A stretch of DNA of 64,000 nt. It comes from Cladosporium halotolerans. Its lineage: Eukaryota. Below, one piece after another: positions 1 through 12,830 of the stretch (positions are counted from its first letter, which is position 1; each line of letters opens with the position of its first letter). Below the pieces are notes generated by a model. That model searched no databases and was not told the origin of the DNA. It saw only the letters and a list, made by a program, of their open reading frames with translations. A program made the position numbers and the translations under genes. The stretch is taken from contig NW_027191453.1 of NCBI RefSeq assembly GCF_011745625.1, positions 186,001 to 250,000 of the forward strand, read 5' to 3'.

Positions 1-210
1 GACGCTGCAGGCGCTGCGGTGCTGATTGCCTGACTGACTGGCCGTTGGCTGCATGACGTGAGCCAGCTCGAGCAAAGCCTTCGAGATCCGCGCGCATGAG
101 ATCTGGCGTGTGATCAGCACCACATCAACTTTATCTCCACACTCCGTCCACACAGCGACGGCGCCCACTTCTGCGCGTGACTCTAGGTTCGAGGGCCTGA
201 GGATGGGAGG

Positions 211-1592
211 ATGATTCAGGCATGGCGATGCTTGCGAAGCATACGGCCTGCTGTCGTGAAACGATGCTTCACCACCACCGCGCCGCGGCTTGAGCTGCGC
301 AGCCTTACAGAGCTACCCGACAGAATAGGCGCTGGATTACATGGTACCTTTGTCAGCTCCATGTTCTGCACTCGAAAGATTGTTGACTTTCTCCAGAAAC
401 GAGTAGCCACGATCTCCTCTCCCTGCGATGGCCGTCTCCTCCGAGGAATGTGCTTTTTGTTAGCAAAGACAACGACGAGCCCGTACGCGATGCTCTGATC
501 GAATATGCCAAGCACGTCCAACAGAACTACCCGGAGGTATCTTTGATTTTCGAACACTCCGTGGCTCAGGACATCGAACGCGATCTACCATTTCCAATCT
601 ACGTGCCGGGCAAAGGCGGTAACACAGAATTCTGCAACAAGGTGGACTTGACGACTACACTTGGTGGAGATGGCACAATACTGCACGCCGCGTCGCTCTT
701 CGCGACTGCGAAAAGCGTACCGCCCATTCTCTCGTTCAGCATGGGTACCTTAGGGTTCTTGGGAGAATGGAAGTTTGCAGAGTACAAGCGGGCATTCAGG
801 GAGGTCTACGTGTCTGGTGCTCCCTCCCCAGTGCCGCCAAAAAGTACAGACGAGCCCAGATACAGAGACGGAAAGGACTCCAATGCTTCTGACACCCACC
901 CCGGCTGGTCATCTGCTCGTGGAAAATCAATGGGCTCTTCACGCAACTCGAGAGTATTGCTACGAAATCGCCTGCGTATCGGCATATTCTCGCCAACCGG
1001 TGAACGCTTGCCCCACGAGCCACCATTTGCACACTACGACCACAGGTGCGAGGACATATATGCTCTGAACGAGGTGCTTCTCCATAGAGGCGCCCTGCCG
1101 CACCTGGCTCACATCACGATTTTGATCGGCTCGCCTCCTCATCAGAAGACCTTGACTACGGCCATCGCAGATGGATTTCTCGCAAGCACACCAACTGGAA
1201 GCACGGCATATTCGCTCTCGAGCGGAGGTTCTATCGTGCATCCTTTAGTGTCCAGCTTACTTCTCACTCCCATCTGCCCTCGATCACTCTCTTTCAGACC
1301 TCTTGTGCTTCCCGCCAATACGCCTGTCACACTTCGCATCGATGAAATTAACAGAGGCAAGGAGATTGAGGTCTCCGTCGACGGCGTACGGCGCAAAGAA
1401 GGTCTCAAAGCAGGTATGGAGGTCAGAGTCGTTGGCGAGGAGGTTCGAACTGCCGGTGCACCAGGTGCAAGGGAATGGGTCGGCGGGGTGCCGTCGATCG
1501 TGCGCAGTGGAGGCGCAGCGGACGGCGAAGATCACTGGGTCGGCGGGCTGAATTCTCTGCTCAAGTTCAACTACCCTTTCGGCGAGAGCTAG
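211..1592 (+). CDS. POS5: Mitochondrial NADH/NAD kinase (exons 211-343, 397-1592)
   Basis: Arg-rich, acid-free N-terminal presequence. A 53-nt intron (GTACCT..TTGAC..CCAG, 344-396) joins it in frame to ORF 450-1592. NAD kinase motifs TLGGDGTILH, GTLGFL, ALNEV, DG..STPTGSTAYSLSSGG and TPICPRSLSFRP are present. Confidence 0.9.
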
Positions 1593-3334
1593 ACATATAA
1601 GCGACTACAATCTATAGAGGGCGCGTATGCAACCCTTTTCTTGGAATCACAGGCATAATGCACGCTATGACAGCAGCGAGTGCGTGCGATGCGCGAAGTG
1701 GGTGTTGTCATGCTGCAAAATCGCGTATTCACCGTCCACTTTGTCTCATTTGTTGGCGAGTCACGCTGTTGTGATGGCGTCCGAGCGCTGCCTTCTCGCG
1801 CCATCAGGAGAAGTACACAGTGCACGGTCCGGCTCGCCGAGGCAGAGACGAGTGCTGGTCATCTCAATACTTCACCCAGCAGAAACACAGCGGCCGCGTG
1901 CGAGTCCTCAGACAAGAAGTGAGTCTTTCTTCGGAGTTCATCGCCGTTATGCGTCGGTAGCAGATTGACTGTTGTGCGGTTGTGCGGTTCTTCACCGAAC
2001 GGCAATCTTGAGCTGAGGTCGACGTTGACGTGCCGTGCGGGCCTGATGGCGATGTGCAGCGCTGCCGCTGGCCGCTTTGCCGCTTGCCGGCATCCATCCC
2101 GCGCTACGGCACCCTGGGCCCCCCGCTGCGAGCACATCGCTTGTGCCTGCATCTACGGTAAGGTACGTGATACTACCCACCAAGTCAGCCTGGCACCACC
2201 GCGATCGCCTCTCTTGCCAACAACGATATAGCGCTGCTTACATAGGCGCGCCACTGCGATGCGCGCGCGCGCCCGGGGCGCAATGCGACGAGTTCACCGC
2301 AGCTCGGCGTCGCATGGCATCAACGGGCAGCCCTGGACGCGCCGGCGGGCTCGCGGAGGCTTGACTCTCGAGAGTTTGGAGGCCGCTTGGACCTCTCATC
2401 TCGCTTGACCGCACTAGTACCCTGCCATTGCTCGCGACCGCTCTGTGATTAGACACTGCCCTGCTGCAAATCGCTCCTGACCGCGCCGCCGCGGCTCACC
2501 TAGCCCTGCTCAAAGCGATCAGGCAATAGCGCATCGCGACGTAGGCTCGGCACTAGGACGCCGCCTCGACGACCTCCTCCGGCGCCTTGGATGCCGGTGG
2601 GAGGCCGCGCCTGCACCATGCAGCCTCCCAGCCTCCAATATGCATGTTGCAGAGGCGCATGGGTGGCCGGCGCGGCAGGTCTCGCTCGACCCTGGGCTCC
2701 AATCTGCTGCCGGACGCTGCCATAGGGTTCGGCTCTAGTCCGCAAACAAGGAATTGTCCACGCATACGTCCAACGCCAGATCTCTCTCCCCAGACAATCA
2801 CTGCCCGGCGTCGAGCTAGCGCCAGTCCGGGCAGAGCCACGGCGCTCGTGCATGCCCCCGGTAGCCATATCCAGCGCAGCACTTGCGCCGGCTCGAGCAG
2901 CGGTGGATCGACGGCCGGGTCTCGCAATCTCGCGCGTCCGGTGTGGTGGGAAGGCTTCTTCGTACAGCACGGTGACCACTCCGCAGTAGCGACCGTTGTA
3001 AGACGCAAGGTTTGTCGGCCAGCCGGCGCAACGTGACGCGGGCATTGGACCAAGAGATCTCAGGCGAGCCCGCGCGCGGACGTTGGGCGTCCTTCTTGTA
3101 CCACTGGCACGCACCCTACCGGCGTGCGGCCGTTTTCTGTTTCTCTTCTTCGTTCGCGACTGCGTCATTCGAGCCACTACCTGCGCTGTTTACTTCGTTG
3201 ATGTTTCTTTGCTAGTCGATCGATTCGTCCGCCTTTCGACTGTTCATGGACGACATTTCTTGAGGCGACCCTCGAGAATCGCAGGATAACGACGCACGGA
3301 ACCAGTGTGCATTGACACACGAGGGCCAGCCAAC

Positions 3335-6300
3335 ATGCAGTTCCGACAATATATCTCGAGTGTTGTCGTTGCGCTGTGTGTGGCGGAGGGTGTTCTGGGC
3401 AAGGATGGATACCGTCAGCGACGCGTAGAGAGCGACGTGAAGGATGTTGACGACACGGCATCGCCAGTCGTGCCTACGATGGCGAATGCGGACACCAAAC
3501 CCTTTTCAGTCCAGGAAGACGACGTCGAACATCAATTCGCCACTCACCCATCCGACGAGCACGAGACGGAGAGTTTGTCGAGCTCAGAGAGCACGCTGTA
3601 CATCGATGAGATGGATCCCACGCCGATCGAAGCCGGCTTGTTCATCAGGCAAGAGGAAGCTGAAGCCATTCCAACCCCAGACCCGAATGCGCTCCCCATC
3701 GAACCTAGGATCACTCCCGCTCTCGGTATTGCTGGCGCAATCATGCTGGGAACTGGAGTTGCTCTCTGTCTCATCGGAATCAAAAAGCAATGGCTCCACG
3801 TTTTTCTGAGCACGGCATACCTGGCAAGTCTGGCTGTCACCGTCTTGATCATATACGTGATGGACCCCGAGCACAGCGACGCGATCCAGGGAGCTTACGT
3901 GGTCGCCGCTGTTGTCACCGGCCTCATATTCGGCTCCGTCTCTCTCGTTTTTCAGGAAGTCACCGACGGCCTGGGATGTATGCTGGGAAGCTTCTGCTTT
4001 GCGATGTGGCTCCTCGTCCTGGCTCCTGGTGGCATCATTCACTCAACTCCTGGGCGTGGTGTCCTCATCGGCGTTATCACCGTCGTTGGCTTCGCCCTCT
4101 CCTTCAGCCATTACACACGTATGTACGGTATCATCTGCTGCACATCATTCGCCGGATCGACGATCATCATGCTGGGAGTCGACTGCTTCTCGCGTGCAGG
4201 CCTGAAGGAATTCTGGCTGTACCTCTGGGATCTCAATGACAAGCAATTTCCGCTCGACACGACCACCTATCCGATCACTCGCGGAATTCGCGTCGAAATT
4301 GCCTGCATCATTGTCGTCTTCCTCTTCGGCCTCGTCTCTCAATTCAAACTCTGGACGGTGGTCAAAGCCCGCCGCGCGAAGCACGAAGAAGCGCGCCAGC
4401 AAGCCGAGCAGGAACGTGCCGAGGCTGAGGCCGCTGTTGGTAGAGACATCGAAGCGAACACCGAGAGGGAGCGTGCCCAGTGGGAGGCTGTATATGGCGA
4501 GAAGCGCGGCTCTCGGACGCACACTGATTCCGGCGTTGGGTCTTCCGTGGAGACTTTCGGCAAGGAGCAGTACAGTGTCAGGGAACGTGAGGTTGATCCT
4601 ATCGAGCTCAGCGATATTGCGGAAGTGCAATCGCCACCTCTTAGCGGCAGCGAAGATAAGGCAGTACCTCAGGATGCGGAGGCTAATGGTGAAACGGTGG
4701 ACGGGGCTACGGTTGAGGACAGCAAATCTGGCCGTACTTCTCATGATTCTTCCCGATACAGCAATGACGACAACGCAGAAACCCTCGAAGATGCTGATAA
4801 GCTCGAGGACTCGAACAAGGCTTATGCACCAGGCGCGCCGGAAGTGGTGCCTCTGCCTTTCCGCGTCCCCACAGAAGATGATGAGCAACAGCGTGACCAG
4901 GACCAGCAATCTGAAGCCGCCAAAACTGAACAAGCTAGGCCCGAGTCTGAAGTTGTCCCGATCCCTTTGAGGATGCATTCTCTCATGAAACTCAACGAAG
5001 AATACGCCGCCAGAGCCAACCACCGCCAAGATGATCAGGCATCTTCAATTGCCGCAACTGCTGACGATATTGCCATGTTGGGTGACGATTTGCCAGGCGC
5101 GATGTCAAAGCGGCAATCTATGATCAGCCAGGGTCCTGACAATGTCAACGCCACCACTACAGCACGCAGCGAACACGGCCATTCGCGACAACCGAGCGCG
5201 GCATCGGAGCCTGACCTTGAAGACGCCTTGGATGAGGACGACGACGAGGCCCTGCCTAGAGAACCTGTCACTATCGATGCAAATGCTGTCCCTATCGCGA
5301 GTGCGCCGACAGAGCAACAATCGACTTCTGGTAAAAGCATTCGGAGACTCTCAGACGCGACTAAAGCCGCAGGTCCTGAAGCCAGCTCAGATGGTCATCC
5401 CGGTAGCGTCTCGGAGAGTATGGTACACCAGCTGCCTCCCAAGCTTTCTAAGATCGCCTTAACCTACCGCACGAATGAATGGGCCAAGCACATTGCCGAC
5501 GCCGACCATCCTGAGGCTGATGATGCTGAGCTGGCTAGACCGTCTTCACCAGGTGTGCAGGTGGACACGCAGTTTCCCGAGGAGGTGGCTAAGCCTGTGG
5601 ACGCCGAGGCACTGCAGCAGACGAACGCTCCTCCGGTTGAGCAGCAGGAACCTCCTCGCAAGTCGTCAAAGGCATCAAGGAAGTCGCAGCGTTCTAGCAG
5701 ACACAGCGAACCGGCCAACAACCTGAACCGCGCATCTTCCACGCAAAGTGCAACGCCACCTTATGCCTTTAACCACAGCTCTTCGCAAGTTTCACTCAAT
5801 CGCCAGGATAGTGCCTCAAGCACGCCTGCTCGACCAAAGATGGGATCCATGCGAAAGAGCTCTATGCCGCTCACCACCCAAACCCTCGTTGAGTCGCCAG
5901 TCGAAGACTCAACTGAGACCTTCCAGCAGAACGACTTCCAGCCCCTGACAAACGTCTACGCCGAACCCAGCGGAAACGCGAGTGCCAGCAACCTCCTAGA
6001 CGAGCGCAACAAGATGCTCCAGCGCCGACCCACGACCATCTCCTTCAACGGCTTCCGATCGACCCCAACCCTCGGCCTCATGAGCGGCGCAATCCCCGAA
6101 GACCAAGCCCACAGCCCCGAGCAACCAACCCACGGCTTCACAACTCCCACCCAGCACAGCCCTCCTCTCCCCGCCTCCGGCGCCGACGACGAGAACATGA
6201 CGCTCTCCCAGCGCCGCTCGCTCATGCACTCCCAATCCGCCACGACCACACCCACACACAAGCCCCGCGCAAGCATCATGTCCACGCTCACCTACGACTC

Positions 6301-6598
6301 GCACCAGCCCGCGCGCCAGCCCTCCACCAACACCGCCCAGCAGTCCGCGCGCCTCAACCAATGGCGCCAAACGCTGCAGGCCGACGCGCAGGCCAAGCAG
6401 CCGCCGCGCGCCGTTGAGAGCCACGCGCGCCAGAGCATGCTCGACGACCGGAAGCAGAGCGAGATGCGGCTGGCGCGCCGCAAGGAGGAGACGGAGAGGC
6501 GGCAGAGCGCGATCGACGACGCGATGCGGCGCGGGCACCTGGACGGGGCGCACAGGGACGCGCTGAGGAGGATGCAGGCGAAGGCGAATAAGGACTGA
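3335..6598 (+). CDS. Multi-pass membrane protein, DUF4203/TM7S3-TM198-like, with signal peptide and long disordered C-terminal tail
   Basis: ATG at 3335 gives a hydrophobic signal-like start (MQFRQYISSVVVALCVAEG). About 7 hydrophobic helices follow, with GVDCFSRAGLKEFW and YPITRGIRVE, then the conserved-looking YRTNEWAKH and C-terminal HRDALRRMQ segments. Confidence 0.75.
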   Translation: MQFRQYISSVVVALCVAEGVLGKDGYRQRRVESDVKDVDDTASPVVPTMANADTKPFSVQEDDVEHQFATHPSDEHETESLSSSESTLYIDEMDPTPIEAGLFIRQEEAEAIPTPDPNALPIEPRITPALGIAGAIMLGTGVALCLIGIKKQWLHVFLSTAYLASLAVTVLIIYVMDPEHSDAIQGAYVVAAVVTGLIFGSVSLVFQEVTDGLGCMLGSFCFAMWLLVLAPGGIIHSTPGRGVLIGVITVVGFALSFSHYTRMYGIICCTSFAGSTIIMLGVDCFSRAGLKEFWLYLWDLNDKQFPLDTTTYPITRGIRVEIACIIVVFLFGLVSQFKLWTVVKARRAKHEEARQQAEQERAEAEAAVGRDIEANTERERAQWEAVYGEKRGSRTHTDSGVGSSVETFGKEQYSVREREVDPIELSDIAEVQSPPLSGSEDKAVPQDAEANGETVDGATVEDSKSGRTSHDSSRYSNDDNAETLEDADKLEDSNKAYAPGAPEVVPLPFRVPTEDDEQQRDQDQQSEAAKTEQARPESEVVPIPLRMHSLMKLNEEYAARANHRQDDQASSIAATADDIAMLGDDLPGAMSKRQSMISQGPDNVNATTTARSEHGHSRQPSAASEPDLEDALDEDDDEALPREPVTIDANAVPIASAPTEQQSTSGKSIRRLSDATKAAGPEASSDGHPGSVSESMVHQLPPKLSKIALTYRTNEWAKHIADADHPEADDAELARPSSPGVQVDTQFPEEVAKPVDAEALQQTNAPPVEQQEPPRKSSKASRKSQRSSRHSEPANNLNRASSTQSATPPYAFNHSSSQVSLNRQDSASSTPARPKMGSMRKSSMPLTTQTLVESPVEDSTETFQQNDFQPLTNVYAEPSGNASASNLLDERNKMLQRRPTTISFNGFRSTPTLGLMSGAIPEDQAHSPEQPTHGFTTPTQHSPPLPASGADDENMTLSQRRSLMHSQSATTTPTHKPRASIMSTLTYDSHQPARQPSTNTAQQSARLNQWRQTLQADAQAKQPPRAVESHARQSMLDDRKQSEMRLARRKEETERRQSAIDDAMRRGHLDGAHRDALRRMQAKANKD

Positions 6599-6896
6599 GC
6601 GGGCTGATGATTGGCGCTGCTTGCCTTTCGCCTCTGCTGCGCGTTTTGGTTTCTTCCTTTTATTTTCTTCTTCTTTTCTTGATCTTTCCTTATATCCCCC
6701 TTCGCGACTACATCTTCCCTTGCCGTCAGTCTCTTTTATTATTGTTACTCACTGGTGTTATTGATTTTGGAGAGATAGGAGGGTCTCTCTGCGAGCCGCC
6801 GTCCAGCCACGGCCGAGTATACGCGTACACGGAAATGCTTCTCCTTGGTTACAGAGGGAACTGGGATTGGGATTGCTGGGCCGGATGGCAAGCGGG

Positions 6897-6920
6897 TGGG
6901 ATGGGATGGGATGGGATGGA
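6897..6920. repeat. (GGGAT)n microsatellite
   Basis: gggatgggatgggatgggatgga between two convergent 3' UTRs. Confidence 0.8.
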
Positions 6921-7383
6921 CAGATACCAATGACTTCATCATCAGTCAGGGAAATGAGGCACGGTGGGCGGTCAATGGGTTGGGATGGGAAAGGGGAAAG
7001 GAAATCTGAATGCCGGTCATTATTGTCGATCACGGACAGAAAAAAATATATACAGGTGCTAATGTCTATCAACAACTCTTGCTACTCTCTATTATACTTT
7101 CAGTCGAGTCGTCCTTTTGCCGTCGAGAATAGATCTACTCCCAGACACAGGCAAGGTCTGGGTTGAGATTGAGAAGGCGGCTGTCATGGTTTGTATTCGT
7201 CTTCGGTACTGGCATGTGTGGTATAGCCCGACGAAGTGAGCGGCGGCTGAGGTGTAGTAACCTTGGGTGCTTGGTTGCCAGACGATCGTCTTCTCCGTGC
7301 GGTCGGTGGGTATCTTGGTGGTCGATGTTGCGTGATGCTTGCGGGCGCAATCCTATTGTCGAGGACGCTGCAATCTCCTTCCT

Positions 7384-8227
7384 TTACCTGCCACCCTTCC
7401 TCGTCTTCTTGCCGCCCGAGAAGGTCATGGAGTTCTGCGGCTTGGGCTTGGCCTTGCGCTTCTCGATCCGGTTCTTCTTGGCGACACGGTCGGCCTTCTG
7501 CTTCGTGATGCTGCGGTCGCGGGTCGTGGTCTTGGTCAAGGGCGCGCCGTCGGCGTCGTCTTCCTGCATGGCTTCGGGATCTGCTGATCGAGCGCCGGCG
7601 AGGGCTTGAGTCAGCTGATGCGTTCCCCTCTGCTCCATTCCTTGCCTGCCTTCCCTGGCCGTGTGTGTGTGTGTGTGGGTATATATGCATGCTTGTAGTG
7701 TAGGTTCAGGTGTTTTGAGGTGTAGTGCTCATGTCGAAAGCGAGGCGTAGATCACCGTCTTCGTCGAAGCCTACAATGTCGCTGGAGGCTCCGAGGAGGT
7801 GATAGAAGAGCTGCTCCCGAGCGACAAGCTGCTGACTAGCCTCGTCTAAGATTGGCGACACAGACGTTGTGCCGTCGTCGGGAGGGGTGGAGGGTGGGGT
7901 GGGCAGTTGGTGGTTGTTGACGGTGGAAGCGACAGTTTTGGGAATCGAGATTGAAAGAGAAGGCGTACCTTCTGCTGCAGCTCCCGACTTCTTGTCGGAA
8001 GAGTCTGTGAAAGAAATGTCAGAGATATTTTCCTTGATTCTATCATGACAAGACTGCTCACCCTGCTCAATCTCCATCTCTTCCTTGGGCGCCTTGGGCT
8101 GGCGCGCCAGCTCGAGCAGCTTCGCGGAAAGCCGCTCGTTGCGCGCCGCCTCAACGGGCGCAAAGACCCTCTTGGAGAGGGCCTGGTTGTTCTTCTTGTT
8201 GCGACTGGCTCTGAGTCCCTTCGCCAT
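7384..8227 (-). CDS. DUF2423/UPF0642 (YBL028C-like) small basic, probably nucleolar protein (exons 8227-8062, 8004-7969, 7583-7384; about 133 aa)
   Basis: N-terminus MAKGLRASRNKKNNQALSKRVFAPVEAARNERLSAKLLELA is typical of this family. Introns GTGAGC..CTGAC..CAG (8061-8005) and GTACGC..GCTGAC..CAG (7968-7584) join in frame to a Lys/Arg-rich last exon ending PQNSMTFSGGKKTRKGGR. Confidence 0.75.
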
Positions 8228-9819
8228 TGTGTCTGAGGTGTAGGTGTGTGGAGGTGGAAAGAGATCGGCTACTGCGACGGCTTCTGCGACATTTGAAGAG
8301 AAATCGCGGCGAGGCGAAGCCCACGCCGCGCTAGCAAATAAAGTAATGTGGGGGCGGCCCGGCACAGAAATGGCCATGCTCCATCCAGCTCTACGGTAGC
8401 GGAGACCGTTCTGGGCGTCTCTGTACCTCTGGCGATGTCTGCCGTCTAGCTATCCATCCACATCCCTGCATACCCGTTTCTTTCTTTCGTTGCCGTCGAG
8501 TGTTACTCTCAAGCTATCCGAGGCGAGACCACACGCAGGCTCGCATTCCGCAGTTTTGCATGCGCAAAGGATTTACGCTCAGCGCATCATCACCATGCTG
8601 GCCATCGACGAGAGTGTGTTGACACTTTAAGCAACGCCCTTCCCCTTCAGTTTTGAGTCTTTCGAACATGATCACACAACAGAGGACGAGTTGCCTGAGG
8701 GATCGTCGATGGCTGGAATCCTCCAATCGGAGTATCTTGTCACAATGAATAGTGGTCACATGTCGCGTGGATGGCATGTATTATTGCGATTGGACCTTGA
8801 GCCGTCTACCGAAGCAGCGGCGGCGCCGAGGACTCTCGTGATCCCGGGAGGGTGTGCATAGAGTTGTCATGCCACTGAAAAGTAGGTACTACCTGCTAAG
8901 CGCTGACGGAAACATTCGGGAGCACGTGATGCTCATGCGGCTGAAGCTGAAGACCCATGGACAAACAATAGATGCTCTGTATTCGAAGACGACAAGCTTG
9001 CTGTGCATCGGGAATATCAGAGGAATGAAGTATCGCGAGTTTAGAAATGGAGTCCGCGTTCTCTCAGTGTGATGGGGCCAAAGATAAGCTTCGATGGCGG
9101 AGACCCGGCACAGCCAGCGTGACCTTTGTGGAATCGGCACGTGAACGCCGTAGCAAGAGTGAAGGGCCATGCAAGGCTCTCAACTGAAAGGGTTTCACTG
9201 CCTTGTATCCTACCTTACCTTACCTTAGTGCCTCATCAATTCCCACTTCAAGACAGCTTCACTTCAGGACAAACGCATAAGCGCACGGCCGCCGATCTCC
9301 ACCGGCCACAGCCGTGCCCTAGCTCCGGCTGGGAAGTGACGATTAGGACTTCAATCCTTGGCAGAACCGTTCAATGCGCGCGAAGTACTTCACCTCACGC
9401 CTGTTATCCCGCTCGCTCGTACGGCTCACTTCGTAGACCGACTGCCAGAGCGTCGGCTCCTCCGCGTGCTTTGCGAACGGCTGCCGCGAACGATCATGTG
9501 ATCGCGCCCTTCCCGAAACGCCAGCACCGAAAAGCGACACAAGAACAGAGCTGCCGCCGCCGCATCCCGCGATGAGCGCTGCAGAGCCTGCCCTGCACCT
9601 GCCCTCGCTCACTGCCTATTTCTGACGCCTGCCACGGCAACCGCGCGCAGTCGCTCCTTCACCCGATCAGCCTCCTTTGCGACACCAGACTCCGCGACCC
9701 ACAGATATTGCGACGCCGCCGAACCGATCCAGGGTCCTCCTCGAAATCCATTGCAACGCACAACCCGCCACGAGGCCGACGACCACGCGCGCACCGCGCG
9801 CGAGAAAGAGCGAGGAAGG

Positions 9820-12199
9820 ATGGCGTCCGGCGGGCACATTTTGGCGCAGCAGAAGTCGAACGTCGAGGCGCGCATCAAAGTGCTCATCAACGACGATCTG
9901 AAGCGGATATGCAAGGCATACGGCGTGGCCGTGTCCGGCACGAAGGTCGTGCTGCAGAAGCGGTGCATCACAGGTGAGTGGACGACTGAGGATGACAAGA
10001 CACGTCCGCCGCGCGCTGGTGTGGGAGCGGAGCGGAGCGGTGTGTGGGGTTCGCGTGGGTTAAGACAGACCACATAGGCTGCCAGCGAGGCGGTATTGCT
10101 TTTGGCTTTTTCGGGGCTTTGCACACACTACCTACGTACAGCGCGCGGGCTGAGACAAGCGGGGCGTCAAACGATCGGTTGTCTGACTTTATTCCGAACA
10201 GTGCTCGAAGATTTGGTGTCTAAAGGCGACGCCGTCGCTTTCGAGGAATTCAAGCAGCGCGTTGCCAATCACGGGCTCGCGCCCCAGCCTGGACAGGCTA
10301 GCTACAACGGTGGTGGTGGCGGCGCGACCTACAGATCCTCTGCAATGCCGCCAGGTCATGGCGCGAAGGGTCCAATGCCAGGAGCGCAAGGGCCACGCAG
10401 TGAGTATTCGCTTGACAAGTTCAACCTGCTGAGCTGGAACTGACAATATGGAAGTGTCGTTCAAGAAGAGTCCATTTTACGACGTCGTCTCTGACATACT
10501 TCGAGCTCAAAAGCTTCCAGGTACTTACCAATCCCCCCTCGCAATCTCTTTTTTCTTTTTGGGAACCACTTACGAGATGCTAACAGGCGGGGCAGAAATG
10601 CCACAGAATCGACACACAGTCAGGGCTGAAATCAAGCTGAATGATGAGCAAGCGCGCCAATTGAAAGACGATCCCAGCATGCGACTCATGGTGTATTGCG
10701 GTCAATACACCAGCATCAATACATACTCGGATATTGACGTTGCATTTCCCAATCAGATCGAGGTGAAGGTCAACAACGAGGATGTGAAGTCAAACTTCAA
10801 AGGTCTGAAGAACCAGCCCGGTTCAACCAAGCCTGCAGACATCACGGGCTACGTTCGCAAGCTCGCGGGCTATGCCAACCAGATATCTGTCTGCTATGCT
10901 CTGACCCAGCGGCAGTTCTATTACGTGGTTACTCTCGTCAAGCGACACTCTGCAGCAGAGCTTGCACAGCGCATTAAGAATGGCTCTTTCATCAGCAAGC
11001 AGAAGGTCATTGACGAGATGAACCGGGCGAACGCAGACCCCGACATCGCGGCCACGAGCTCGAAGATGTCGCTGAAGGATCCCGTCTCGATCACGCGCAT
11101 TACTTTGCCCATTCGCTCGAACATCTGTCAACACACGCAGTGCTTTGACGGAAGGTTTTTTATGGAGCTGCAAGAGCAGGCGCCAACGTGGCAATGCCCC
11201 ATATGCGCAAAGACGGTCAGCTTCGAGAGCTTGTGCGTGGACAAATACTTCGAGGAGATCTTGAATACCACGAGTAAGTCGATCGAGCAAGTGACGATTG
11301 AACCGAACGGGCAATGGAGCGTGGAACAGGAGGACGAAGACAAGGGAAAGAGTAACCAAGCGAAGGGAGAGGCTCGAGCGGCGTGGGATGACGACTTTGA
11401 CGACGACGTTGTCGAGGTACTGGACGATGATTCGCCAAAGGCTCGCACCAACGGAGTCAAGCATGAACACAACATCGCATCTCCCATGGGTCCGCCTGGC
11501 CTTTCCTTCCACACACCGCCTCTATCATCGCGAGAAGCCAGCGTGGCACGATCACATACATCAACACAACGCCCCTCCGGTGGCAACAAGCGGTCAGCCA
11601 GCGCGGTCATCGACCTCACGCTCGACGACGAAGACGAAGAGCAGCCGCCTCGCCCGGCAAAACGGCAGACAACAGGTAATCCACTGGGCGGGCCGACGAG
11701 TTCCTACAATACCCCACCGTCCGTATCCGAGCCGCCGAGACCTCAGGCTTACCTTCCGCAGCCCGTTGAGAGTTCGTCGACCTATCGACCGTTCAGCGCA
11801 GGACAGCCCATGCGCCCGCCGACGAACCAGTCTTCCTTCTCAGGACCGCATTCTCCCGCCCGCGCTTCTCCATTTGCAAACGTCTATCAGCAGCAGCCAT
11901 ATGCTTCAACACGTCCGGAATCTTCAAGTCCGGCGCGCACGAACGGTTTGGGCCCGTTCTCTGTGCGGCCGCCTTCACGAGGATATGGCACGTCGCTGTC
12001 ACCTGGTGGGCAAGCGAGTCCGGGTCTTCCACCGCAGCAATATGATAGCGGACTTGCGCTTCCGCCAACGATACCTTTAGGCCAGCAGCAACAGCATCAA
12101 CAGCAGAGGAGGCAAAGCGACAGTAGACAACAACCTCTTCCTGGACTCAACACCGGCAGTTGGAGGAGTGATTATGGCCAGTACAACGGGTCTAGATGA
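9820..12199 (+). CDS. SIZ1: SP-RING (MIZ) SUMO E3 ligase (introns 9974-10201, 10400-10454, 10521-10595)
   Basis: SAP-like N-terminus (LINDDLKRICKAYGVAVSGTKVVLQKR), PINIT region (FKKSPFY, GLKNQPGSTKPADIT), SP-RING SLKDP..CQHTQCFD..WQCPIC and SIM-like VIDLTLDDEDEE. All three introns preserve frame. Confidence 0.9.
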
Positions 12200-12830
12200 C
12201 GACCAAGGTTGGGTTGAAATGTGCATATCATCACGGCCAACGGGAGGACATTCGCGGGACGACCGCAGGCGATTTGACATCAGGCGTCAGAGGACGACAC
12301 CAGGGAGGCACGATCAGGAATTATGTGCCTTTCAGAGTCGATCCAATACTTTTTCTTTTATTCTTCTTGGGCGGGTCGGCGATGAAATGATACCACCGGA
12401 CATGCGCGCGTGTTCAATAGCAAGATGGAGAGGGATGTAAGGATAGATGAAATCGAAACGACATTCCACATCCGAGTGTTCGCCTCACCGTCTATTTTAC
12501 CATACTTGAAGATCTACAAGTAGAGTTAGACTTTGATTCAGCCCGGCGCTGAGTAGCGTGGAAGCAAAAGCGTGATACAGTTGGGAGCCGCATGGAGCTT
12601 GCTTGCCTTCACCGACGCGTCGCGCGGCGAGGTTGGCCCAGACGCGGAGGCGAGGGCCGGCCGCCATAGTCGTTCCACGATGTTGTAATAATAACGTCGG
12701 ACCACACACGCCACGCCACTCCGCGAGGATTCTTCTCCCGGTTTTCTGGGTCCTCGTGGAGCGGGCGTTGTCGCAGCGCCCCCCACATGTCTGGACAGCA
12801 AATGGCGCACGCACGCGCAGGCGGAGGCCG

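Noticed and set aside
1593..3334. ORFs of 150-225 aa between POS5 and the DUF4203 gene
   Set aside because: Arg/Ala/Gly-rich shadows on both strands, with no domain or splice support.
9974..10201. Long SIZ1 intron 1 as a snoRNA host
   Set aside because: No canonical RTGATGA C box paired with a terminal stem; the CTGA near the end is the branch site.
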